Assembly (NCBI GenBank): GCA_045616865.1
Contig: JAZLHO010000059.1
Location: forward strand, 2,441 to 66,440
Length of the DNA stretch: 64,000 nt
Direction: 5' to 3'
From: Lachnospiraceae bacterium
Lineage (GTDB): Bacteria; Bacillota; Clostridia; Lachnospirales; Lachnospiraceae
A model generated the notes under the pieces. The model saw only the letters and a list, made by a program, of their open reading frames with translations. It was not told where the DNA came from and did not search any database. The position numbers and the translations under genes were made by a program. Shown in pieces: positions 39,537 to 48,120 of the stretch (within the stretch, counting starts at the first letter, position 1; each line of letters starts with the position of its first letter).

Positions 39537-40487
39537 TCAGTTTGCGTCCGGGCAAAGAGGACCAGCGAGTTCTTCCATGAAGAACAGCTTTCCTGGCATT
39601 GTCGGAATGCGTGATGATGTAACAAATCTTGTCGGGCCGTATCTGAGTGTCATCCAGAAGCTCATGCCCTGCCACTGCATACCACGTGAGAGAATACCAT
39701 CTGCACCACCGATGCAATAATCTGAATTGAAGATGATGTTTGGTCCGATAGTATTTGCATAGCATGGAATAAGCGGCCATGAAGACTTGAATGATGTTAT
39801 AGCATTCTGCTCGATTGTAAACGGATGAAGTCTTGCGCCTATTCTATATGGCTGCTCCAGCCATTCCTTGTCACTCTTGAACTCATCTGCGAAATGAGGC
39901 TCCCAGAATGCGATATGGCACATACGTCCGATACCGTAAACCATAACCTGCTTAGCGCCTTCCTTTCTGAGTTTAGCCATCTTTGCAGGATATGTCGGAA
40001 GGTTCTCTTTTGTTGCGAAGTTTCTCTGACTCTTCGGTACTGTAAGCTTTCCGAGCGGTCCGTAAAATGCCTCAACCATAGCATTGGTAAATGCTGCCGG
40101 ATCAGATGCAGGAAGTGTGTTGCCGTTTTCATCGGCCCACTCATCCATGTTGAATCCGTATACATGCTTACAATCTATATTGAGCTGTTTGATAAAGTAA
40201 ACTGCCCACTTGTACATTCCCATAGGTCCTACAGGAAGGATAAGGATAAGTTTTCTTCCGGCTTCCTTAGTCTCCTTGATCTGCATAGCGATCTCGAAGC
40301 CCATATACGCACCGAACTCCTCAAGATCAGTACATTTAACTACCTGGAAATTTTTATTCCAGAATTTCTGACGGTCAAAGACTGTCTCCGGAGCATTACT
40401 TACGCATTTCTCGATTTTCTTGATATCCCATCCTTTTGGAAATACCTCTGAAAAATAAGAGCCCTTAAGAGTATCTATCATGTTCAT
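39537..40487 (-). CDS. Divergent NagB / 6-phosphogluconolactonase-family sugar-phosphate isomerase/deaminase homologue
   Basis: NagB-fold sequence in which GIGRMCHIAFWEP replaces the canonical GIGxDGHIAFNEP. AGGAGG lies 9 nt upstream of the ATG at 40487. Confidence 0.6.
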   Translation of the reverse strand: MNMIDTLKGSYFSEVFPKGWDIKKIEKCVSNAPETVFDRQKFWNKNFQVVKCTDLEEFGAYMGFEIAMQIKETKEAGRKLILILPVGPMGMYKWAVYFIKQLNIDCKHVYGFNMDEWADENGNTLPASDPAAFTNAMVEAFYGPLGKLTVPKSQRNFATKENLPTYPAKMAKLRKEGAKQVMVYGIGRMCHIAFWEPHFADEFKSDKEWLEQPYRIGARLHPFTIEQNAITSFKSSWPLIPCYANTIGPNIIFNSDYCIGGADGILSRGMQWQGMSFWMTLRYGPTRFVTSSRIPTMPGKLFFMEELAGPLCPDAN

Positions 40488-40643
40488 AAAACAGTTCCTC
40501 CTGATATTTATTATCGTACGGTGATATCCCGCACTTATCATTCAACATAGATATATCACAATAGAAAACAAGTGTCAAAGAATATCGTGAAATATGTTCA
40601 AATAATCAAAAAAAGAAGTCCTCAAGACTTCTTAATCACTGAA

Positions 40644-40714
40644 CAGGGGAAGAGGGATTCGAACCCCCATCGGCGGTTTTGGAGACCGTAGCTCTACCAT
40701 TGAACTATTCCCCT
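40644..40714 (-). tRNA. tRNA-Trp (anticodon CCA)
   Basis: Hand-folded cloverleaf. Acceptor is AGGGGAA/TTCCCCT, anticodon loop CTCCAAA, T-arm GGGGG-TTCGAAT-CCCTC. CCA is not encoded. Confidence 0.85.
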
Positions 40715-40813
40715 ATCCATATACGGGTGCTCTTACGGCACCCGCATATATTATCACATTCTATTAATCATGTCAAATACAAATGCTGTTTATGCAGCCT
40801 TTCTGTAATGATA

Positions 40814-43240
40814 TCAGCCTTTATACTCAACCATAAGCATAGTCATATCATCGAACTGTTCAGCCTCTCCCACGAAAGCATCTACATCCTTACGGACTCC
40901 CTTAAGTATCGCTTCAGGGCCGTCATCGGGATGAGCATTCAGGTATGTGAGTAATCTCTCTTCACCATAAAGCTCCTGAGCGATGTTCTGAGCCTCAACT
41001 ATTCCGTCAGTATAAAGATATATCTTGTCTCCAGGATTGAGATCAAGCCCCTGCATGCGGTAGTTGACACCCTCCATGCCCGCGAGCACAAATCCGACTT
41101 TGGATTTCAGATACGACCATCCCTCACCCTTCCTGTAAACTACAGGAGGATTGTGTCCTGCATTTGCAAACTCAACATGTCCGGTTTTGATATCCAGAAC
41201 TCCCTGCCATGCTGTAACGAACATCTCTGCTTCATTATTTACGCATAGCTTGCTGTTGGACATCGTAAATGCCTTATCAACACTCAGACCTGCTGTCGTG
41301 AAGTCATTGATCATAGTCTTGGCCTGCATCATAAACATGGCTGCAGGTATTCCTTTTCCTGAAACATCAGCAACAATAAACGCCAGCTTGTTTTCTTCAG
41401 GCATATAAAAATCGTAGAAATCTCCTCCGACCTCCCTTGCGGCATCCATAGTAGCATAGATGTCAAACTCCGTCTTATCCGCGAAAGCATGGAAGTTGGA
41501 TGGAAGCGCTGAAATCTGGATGCTCTTGGCAAATTCAAGCTCTGCATCTATTCTTGCTGCAGCTTCGGCAATATACTCCTTAAGTCTGCCGACTGTGGTA
41601 TTGATTTCATTGGACAATGTATTAAACTCAAGCGTCGTACGAACATCTACCACCTCGTCAAGATCGCCTGCTGTGATCCTTTCCAGGCTGTCATTAACCT
41701 TTTTCAGTCTCTTAACTACTACGGTATTAACCCCGAAGAAGATAGCCGCAAACATGAATGCGAATATCATGATCTCGCTGAAGACATTCATATAGATATT
41801 GAAATCTCTGCTCAGCATGGCTTCCTTCTTTAGATAAACACCTATAATGGTATATATATCCTCAGAAAGGAACATACAGAAGGAATCTTCACCGAAAGCT
41901 GTCTGTTCATACAGGCTTAATGGTGACATATCCTCCCATACCCATAAACCCGTGGTCATAAGATGCCTGCCGACATATGACTGATCTGCACAGCTTGTAA
42001 CCCTGTTTTTGCTGTCAACAACAACCAGAAGTCCGGTATTACCTATGTGTCTGTTCTTCGTAACTGAATAAATGGAATCCTCAATCTTGTCAAAGAATTT
42101 TGTATCATCCACTCCAACCTGAATCACTCCGCCGTCGGATAAGCTTGCGCCTGCATACTTACGTTTTATTCTGTGATCCATCGAAAGAGGCTCAAATCCC
42201 TGCACCATAACGGAATCACTGTTGACCAGCTTCAGGAATTCCTGGGATTGTGTTCCTGAGTGCATGTCGTATCCAACAAAAGAACTGTTGGTACTTTCTG
42301 TTATGATGCCATATTTATCAATAATATTGACCTCAGTCACCCCATACCATTTGGCTACTGTTTCGAGATCTCTCATATTGCCTGTTTCGTATTCTTTTGC
42401 TACATCAACAGCAGTATTCATCAGCCATGCGTCTGCAGTATCATTGATTTCATCTGACGCATCCTTAATACTGGTAGTCAGAATCTTCTCGACACTTTTC
42501 TTTGACTGATTTGTCTGAATAACATATGAGAGTGTTGATGTGGCTAAAAAAGCCGCAACAACTATGAGCAGCAGGAAAAACTGTATTTTTTCAGAAATGG
42601 TCTTTTTTGACTGGACAAGCTTTTCGCCCTGCTTACGGATGGATATCCTGTTCAGCAGTGCAAGTGCCGCAGATGTAACCGCAAGAGCAAATGCATTGAC
42701 CAATATCATCGGCATCGTGCATATCTTCAATATTTCGAGAGCCTGAGCCGCATCATTCATATGAGTGATAAAGACCATCATCATATGGAATGATTCCATG
42801 ATGACACCAATCAGAAATGATATATGCCAGCCCGGATTTCTTTCTTCAAAAATATATTTTCTGATAACCGCCGCATATATACCTGCGAGAAATGTCGATA
42901 CTGTGCACGCCACCTTGGTATACACTCCTATTCCGTATACCTCTGCGGCAAACCATCTGTATGCTGCACCCAGGACGCCGGCAATAATTCCAGACGGGCC
43001 TCCGAAAAACAGCCCGGCACAAAGTGGAGCGGCATCTCTGGCATTAACCGTAGCTCCGCCTATATCCACTCCAAATGCCGTACCGTAAATAGCTGCAACG
43101 CCAAATACAACTCCTATGATTGCCTGCTGAATCCAGTATTTAAGACCGGAGAAAGACGTCGTCCTCTGAATCAGATAGAAGCCTATTGACATTATGAATG
43201 GAATCATAGCCGATCCCAATAATTTCAGATATATTTCCAT
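40814..43240 (-). CDS. Membrane sensor PP2C phosphatase (5TM LytS-type domain, extracellular Cache-like domain, HAMP, SpoIIE/PP2C)
   Basis: N-terminal 5TMR-LYT-like helices (NARDAAPLCAGLFFGGPSG), a roughly 270-aa extracytoplasmic segment, a second TM plus HAMP, and a C-terminal SpoIIE-type GGDFYD...DGIVEA domain. Confidence 0.75.
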   Translation of the reverse strand: MEIYLKLLGSAMIPFIMSIGFYLIQRTTSFSGLKYWIQQAIIGVVFGVAAIYGTAFGVDIGGATVNARDAAPLCAGLFFGGPSGIIAGVLGAAYRWFAAEVYGIGVYTKVACTVSTFLAGIYAAVIRKYIFEERNPGWHISFLIGVIMESFHMMMVFITHMNDAAQALEILKICTMPMILVNAFALAVTSAALALLNRISIRKQGEKLVQSKKTISEKIQFFLLLIVVAAFLATSTLSYVIQTNQSKKSVEKILTTSIKDASDEINDTADAWLMNTAVDVAKEYETGNMRDLETVAKWYGVTEVNIIDKYGIITESTNSSFVGYDMHSGTQSQEFLKLVNSDSVMVQGFEPLSMDHRIKRKYAGASLSDGGVIQVGVDDTKFFDKIEDSIYSVTKNRHIGNTGLLVVVDSKNRVTSCADQSYVGRHLMTTGLWVWEDMSPLSLYEQTAFGEDSFCMFLSEDIYTIIGVYLKKEAMLSRDFNIYMNVFSEIMIFAFMFAAIFFGVNTVVVKRLKKVNDSLERITAGDLDEVVDVRTTLEFNTLSNEINTTVGRLKEYIAEAAARIDAELEFAKSIQISALPSNFHAFADKTEFDIYATMDAAREVGGDFYDFYMPEENKLAFIVADVSGKGIPAAMFMMQAKTMINDFTTAGLSVDKAFTMSNSKLCVNNEAEMFVTAWQGVLDIKTGHVEFANAGHNPPVVYRKGEGWSYLKSKVGFVLAGMEGVNYRMQGLDLNPGDKIYLYTDGIVEAQNIAQELYGEERLLTYLNAHPDDGPEAILKGVRKDVDAFVGEAEQFDDMTMLMVEYKG

Positions 43241-43250
43241 CAAATATTAA

Positions 43251-44318
43251 TTACTTTTTTGTGGTTTTCTTTGTTGCTGCTTTCTTTGCTGAAGCTGCCT
43301 TCTTGTTTCCCCATTTGCCTGCCTTGTACGCCTCTTCTACAGCAACTGCCACAGAAACAGTCATACCTACCATCGGGTTGTTGCCTGCACCGATAAGACC
43401 CATCATCTCAACATGTGCCGGAACTGATGAAGAACCTGCGAACTGTGCATCACTATGCATACGTCCAAGTGTATCTGTCATCCCGTATGATGCCGGACCA
43501 GCTGCCATGTTATCCGGATCAAGTGTACGTCCTGTACCGCCGCCTGATGCAACTGAGAAGTACTTCTTACCCTTTTCGATTCTTTCCTTCTTGTAGGTTC
43601 CTGCTACAGGATGCTGGAAACGTGTCGGGTTGGTTGAGTTACCTGTGATAGATACATCAACATTTTCCTTCCACATGATAGCAACACCCTCCGGAACTGA
43701 GTTAGCACCGTAGCAGTTTACCTTTGCACGAAGTCCCTTTGAGTATGCTGTACGTGATACTTCCTCCACTGTATTTGTATATGGATCATACTTTGTCTCA
43801 ACAAATGTGAATCCATTGATACGTGAGATAATCTGAGCAGCATCCTTGCCGAGACCGTTAAGGATTACTCTAAGAGGTTTCTTACGAACCTTGTTTGCTT
43901 TCTCAGCGATACCGATAGCGCCCTCAGCTGCTGCGAATGACTCATGTCCTGCAAGGAAGCAGAAGCACTCTGTCTTTTCTTCAAGGAGCATCTTTCCGAG
44001 GTTACCATGTCCGAGGCCTACCTTACGTGTATCTGCAACTGATCCCGGAATACAGAAACTCTGAAGTCCCTCACCGATAGGTGGTGCAGCATCTGTTGCC
44101 TTTGAGGAGCCCTTCTTGATTGCAACTGCTGCACCTACTGTGTATGCCCAGCATGCATTCTCGAAGCAAATAGGCTGGATCTTCTTTACCATATCATATA
44201 CATCAAGTCCTGCATCCTTTGTGATTTTCTCACACTCAGCAAGGTCCTTAATTCCGTATGTCTTAAGTAATGCGTTAATCTGATTAATACGTCTCTCATA
44301 AGACTCAAATAATGCCAT
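43251..44318 (-). CDS. GGGtGRT-family protein (function unknown) with Lys/Ala-rich C-terminal tail
   Basis: The literal family motif SGGGTGRT is present. GAAGGAGGA lies 7 nt upstream of the ATG at 44318. The tail reads KKAASAKKAATKKTTKK. Confidence 0.75.
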   Translation of the reverse strand: MALFESYERRINQINALLKTYGIKDLAECEKITKDAGLDVYDMVKKIQPICFENACWAYTVGAAVAIKKGSSKATDAAPPIGEGLQSFCIPGSVADTRKVGLGHGNLGKMLLEEKTECFCFLAGHESFAAAEGAIGIAEKANKVRKKPLRVILNGLGKDAAQIISRINGFTFVETKYDPYTNTVEEVSRTAYSKGLRAKVNCYGANSVPEGVAIMWKENVDVSITGNSTNPTRFQHPVAGTYKKERIEKGKKYFSVASGGGTGRTLDPDNMAAGPASYGMTDTLGRMHSDAQFAGSSSVPAHVEMMGLIGAGNNPMVGMTVSVAVAVEEAYKAGKWGNKKAASAKKAATKKTTKK

Positions 44319-44339
44319 AGCTTTGTCCTCCTTCACCTA

Positions 44340-45038
44340 TCATTCTTTACGTGGATCGATAATCTTAACTGCATCTGCTACACGTCCGTACTGTCCGCTT
44401 GCCTTTTCCCATGCTGTTGTAGGATCATCACCCTTCTTGATGAAGTCGGTCATCTTGCCAAGGTTTACAAACTGATATCCGATGATCTGATTGTCCTTGT
44501 CAAGAGCGATTCCTGTTACATAGCCCTCTGCCATCTCGAGGTAGCGAGGTCCCTTCTTTCTTGTTCCGTACATAGTACCTACCTGAGATCTGAGACCCTT
44601 ACCGAGATCTTCAAGGCCTGCACCTACTACAAGTCCGTTCTCTGAAAATGCTGACTGTGTTCTGCCATATGCGATCTGTAAGAACAGCTCACGCATAGCT
44701 GTATTGATAGCGTCGCAAACAAGGTCAGTGTTGAGTGCTTCAAGGATAGTTCTTCCCGGAAGAATCTCAGCTGCCATAGCTGCTGAATGAGTCATTCCTG
44801 AACAGCCGAGTGTCTCTACAAGAGCCTCCTCGATAACACCGTTCTTAACATTAAGTGACAGCTTGCACGCTCCCTGCTGCGGAGCACACCAGCCTACACC
44901 GTGTGTAAAACCACTGATGTCTTTAACATCCTTAGCCTTGACCCATAATGCTTCCTCCGGAATTTCGGCAGCACCGTGGTTCACGCCCTGCTTAACCTTG
45001 CACATCTTATTAACTTGATCTGAATAAATGATGGCCAT
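44340..45038 (-). CDS. NifU-N/IscU-like domain protein with C-terminal extension
   Basis: Cys-containing segments WCAPQQGAC and LGCSGMTHSAAMA resemble IscU-type scaffolds. AGGAGGAAG SD present. Lies 21 nt upstream of the GGGtGRT gene. Confidence 0.55.
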   Translation of the reverse strand: MAIIYSDQVNKMCKVKQGVNHGAAEIPEEALWVKAKDVKDISGFTHGVGWCAPQQGACKLSLNVKNGVIEEALVETLGCSGMTHSAAMAAEILPGRTILEALNTDLVCDAINTAMRELFLQIAYGRTQSAFSENGLVVGAGLEDLGKGLRSQVGTMYGTRKKGPRYLEMAEGYVTGIALDKDNQIIGYQFVNLGKMTDFIKKGDDPTTAWEKASGQYGRVADAVKIIDPRKE

Positions 45039-45092
45039 GACGCAACTTCCTCCTAATACAAAATTTAGTCATAAAATAACATTATAATTCTA

Positions 45093-46475
45093 CTATTTTG
45101 ATAAATACTCGTCAATGCCTGCAGCTGCCGTTCTTCCCGCTTCCATAGCAAGTATCACTGTGGCTGCGCCTGTGGCTGCATCACCTCCGCAGAATACTCC
45201 TTCACGGCTCGTCATGCCTTTTTCATTGACGGTAATAGTACCTCTTCTCTCGATTTCAAGTCCTTCTGTTGTACTTGCTATCATCGGATTCGGACTGGTT
45301 CCGAGTGACATTATGACTGTATCGCACTCTATTTCATATTCACTTCCCGGAATCTCAACAGGCCTTCTTCTTCCGGATGCATCGGGTTCACCCAGTTCCA
45401 TCTTTATTACTCGCATGCCACGAACCCATCCGTTTTCATCCTGAAGGATCTCTATCGGATTCTGAAGAAGGTTGAATACGATTCCTTCCTCCTTTGCATG
45501 ATGCACTTCTTCTGCCCTTGCAGGAAGCTCCGCTTCTGATCTTCTGTAAACTATGTCAACATGTGCACCGAGACGAAGGGCTGTTCTGGCCGCATCCATA
45601 GCTACATTGCCGCCTCCTACTACACAGACTTTTCTTCCGCATCTTATAGGAGTATCATAATCATCCCTGAAGGCCTTCATTAGATTGTTTCTTGTCAAAA
45701 ATTCATTTGCCGAAAATACTCCGTTTGCCGTCTCTCCCGGGATCCCCATGAACATCGGAAGTCCGGCACCTGATCCGATATATACGGCATCAAATCCTTC
45801 TTCGCTGATAAGCGCATCCAGCGACATCGTCTTACCGATGATAACATCCGTTTCTATTTCCACACCGAGCTTCTTTACATTTTCGATTTCTGGTTTGACT
45901 ACTTTATCCTTTGGGAGTCTGAATTCCGGAATCCCATACATAAGTACTCCGCCTGCCTCGTGAAGAGCCTCAAATATTTTTACCTGATACCCCATCTTCG
46001 CAAGATCGCCCGCACACGAAAGACCGGATGGTCCGGCTCCGATGACTGCAACCTTTTTGTTTTTCTTCCCGGGATGTAATTCAGGCTTGTATCCGTTCTC
46101 TCTTGCCCAGTCGGCAACAAATCTTTCCAGTTTTCCGATAGCGATTGGCTCCCCTTTGATGCCTCTTATGCATTTTCCCTCGCACTGGGTCTCCTGCGGA
46201 CATACACGTCCGCATACTGCCGGAAGTGAACTTGCCTGAGCAATAATATCCACTGCCTTTTTATAATCACGTTCTGTGATTGCATGAACAAATTCCGGGA
46301 TGTTTATTCTCACCGGACAACCCTGAACGCATTTCGGATTCTTGCAGTTCAGACATCTTCCTGCCTCAGCCAGAGCTTCTTCTTCACTGTAGCCCAGACA
46401 TACCTCATCGAAGTTGGCTGCTCTTACTATAGGATCCTGTTCTCTTACGGGCACTTTTTTCATCATATCCATCAC
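45093..46475 (-). CDS. nfnB: NfnB-type subunit (GltD-like NADPH-dependent oxidoreductase, FAD + 2x[4Fe-4S])
   Basis: Cys clusters CLNCKNPKCVQGCP and CGRVCP, and two dinucleotide folds (VIGAGPSGL, VVGGGNVAMD). Start is GTG at 46475 or ATG at 46472, overlapping the nfnA stop. Confidence 0.75.
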   Translation of the reverse strand: MMDMMKKVPVREQDPIVRAANFDEVCLGYSEEEALAEAGRCLNCKNPKCVQGCPVRINIPEFVHAITERDYKKAVDIIAQASSLPAVCGRVCPQETQCEGKCIRGIKGEPIAIGKLERFVADWARENGYKPELHPGKKNKKVAVIGAGPSGLSCAGDLAKMGYQVKIFEALHEAGGVLMYGIPEFRLPKDKVVKPEIENVKKLGVEIETDVIIGKTMSLDALISEEGFDAVYIGSGAGLPMFMGIPGETANGVFSANEFLTRNNLMKAFRDDYDTPIRCGRKVCVVGGGNVAMDAARTALRLGAHVDIVYRRSEAELPARAEEVHHAKEEGIVFNLLQNPIEILQDENGWVRGMRVIKMELGEPDASGRRRPVEIPGSEYEIECDTVIMSLGTSPNPMIASTTEGLEIERRGTITVNEKGMTSREGVFCGGDAATGAATVILAMEAGRTAAAGIDEYLSK

Positions 46476-47365
46476 TTATCACCTCCGCAGTTTCCGCATC
46501 CGCCATGATGCGTATCCCCCTCGAGAAGTCGTAGCATAGCTCTTCCTTCCTCAGTTTTATATTGCTGCTGGCGTTTCATGGCTGCATCAAAATCAACCTT
46601 GTGTCCGTCAAACTCAGGACCGTCCACACATGCGAATCTTACCTGTCCGTCAACTATCAGACGGCATGCTCCGCACATTCCCGTTCCGTCAACCATGATC
46701 GGATTCATCGACACTACTGTAGGTATCCCGTACTTCTTTGTAGTAAGACAGGTAAATTTCATCATGATCATAGGACCTATAGCGATACAGAGATCGTACT
46801 TTTTGCCGCGGTTTGTCACAAGCTCGTCGATCACTGCGGTTACGGGCCCTTTCATTCCATATGAGGCATCGTCAGTACATACATACAGGTAATCTCCTGC
46901 AACTGCCTTCATATCTTCTTCCAGTATCAGCAGATCTTTAGTTCTTGCACCTATGATAACATCTGCTTCTACACCCTGTTCCCTCAGCCACTTGACCTGC
47001 GGATAAACCGGTGCGGTTCCGACTCCACCTGCCACAAACAGGATTTTTTTCTTTTTGAGCTCCTCCACGGGTTCTTTGACCAGATCACTCGGTTTTCCCA
47101 AAGGACCGACAAAATCAGCAAAGCCGCTTCCGACCTCCATATCCTTCATACGAACAGTAGAAGCCCCGACCTCCTGGAACACGATAGTGACTGTTCCTGC
47201 ATCTCTGTTATAGTCACATATGGTCAGCGGTATACGTTCTCCCTTTTCATCTATCCTGACTATAAGGAATTCTCCTGGCTCACATACTTTTGCAACTCTC
47301 GGAGCTTTTACGACCATCTGCCAGATTTTGTCTGCAAGTTTTTCCTTTTTAAGTATTTCAAACAT
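46472..47365 (-). CDS. nfnA: NfnA-type subunit (PyrK-like FAD/[2Fe-2S] ferredoxin-NADP+ reductase subunit)
   Basis: PyrK/sulfide-dehydrogenase-like sequence with GGVGTAPV and C-terminal CGACR...C cysteines, paired with a GltD-like partner. Confidence 0.75.
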   Translation of the reverse strand: MFEILKKEKLADKIWQMVVKAPRVAKVCEPGEFLIVRIDEKGERIPLTICDYNRDAGTVTIVFQEVGASTVRMKDMEVGSGFADFVGPLGKPSDLVKEPVEELKKKKILFVAGGVGTAPVYPQVKWLREQGVEADVIIGARTKDLLILEEDMKAVAGDYLYVCTDDASYGMKGPVTAVIDELVTNRGKKYDLCIAIGPMIMMKFTCLTTKKYGIPTVVSMNPIMVDGTGMCGACRLIVDGQVRFACVDGPEFDGHKVDFDAAMKRQQQYKTEEGRAMLRLLEGDTHHGGCGNCGGDK

Positions 47366-48120
47366 TATTCAACACCTCTCAAAAAATGTCCTCTGGTGAA
47401 ATCATCACAGGGATCGTCAACTGACTCTCCTCTTATCGCCCTTGAGAATACAGCGATTATCCTTTCGGTTTCTTTTCTGTTCTCTATTGTAAGATTGATC
47501 CTGACTGAATCCGGGTTCAACCTCAGAACCTTATCAAATACCCCGGCGAGACTGACCGGATCAGGATTGTAAATCAGGTTGTAGCAATACGCACATTTAT
47601 TCTCAACGGGAAGCAGCTTGCCTGTTCTGTCTTTTATCCATGTTATTCCGGGCTTACGGTCACATTTATCTGTGTTTCTATGAACGCACTGAGCACTTAC
47701 CATCATCGGTATATGTCCGTATACTATCAGCTCTTTATCATGTACATCCAGTCCTGCAAGCTCATGACAGTTCATTTCGACCGGTGCTGTGATTCGCGAA
47801 ATTCCGTTTTCCTTCAGCACATCTGCTGCCACAGGATTCATGCAATACACTCCGTAATCACTGACAAGCTTCTGATCCTTATAATATTCAAGCTCGTCTA
47901 ATGATCTGACATAAACCTCATCATATCCTGTGACATCTACAGCTGTTGAATTCCTGTAAATATACGGAAGTGCTATGCCTGCCTTTTTTCCTGCAGCATG
48001 GCATCTATCTATATCCGGTCCAGAAGATATGTCTGCTTCAAAGATTATCCCGTTCACAGAGTCATTTGAGACAGCACTATATAGTTGTTCTTCATTATTA
48101 CACAGTACGTTCAGATTCAT
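47365..48120 (-). CDS. U32-family protein, small subunit-like (YrrN/UbiV-like)
   Basis: Second U32-type barrel with a Cys cluster (SAQCVHRNTDKC...NKCAYCYN). The stop overlaps the nfnA ATG by 1 nt (TAATG). Confidence 0.55.
   Translation of the reverse strand: MNLNVLCNNEEQLYSAVSNDSVNGIIFEADISSGPDIDRCHAAGKKAGIALPYIYRNSTAVDVTGYDEVYVRSLDELEYYKDQKLVSDYGVYCMNPVAADVLKENGISRITAPVEMNCHELAGLDVHDKELIVYGHIPMMVSAQCVHRNTDKCDRKPGITWIKDRTGKLLPVENKCAYCYNLIYNPDPVSLAGVFDKVLRLNPDSVRINLTIENRKETERIIAVFSRAIRGESVDDPCDDFTRGHFLRGVE

Noticed and set aside
29915-40714. Whether the accessory sugar locus is a genomic island integrated at tRNA-Trp.
   Set aside because: By eye I found no direct repeat of the tRNA-Trp 3' end elsewhere in the window, and no integrase or mobility genes. 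This cannot be excluded without a computational repeat search and comparative genomics.
40679-40954. A 91-aa plus-strand ORF.
   Set aside because: It starts inside the tRNA-Trp gene and runs antisense into the 3' end of the PP2C phosphatase gene. It has no SD and no recognisable similarity.
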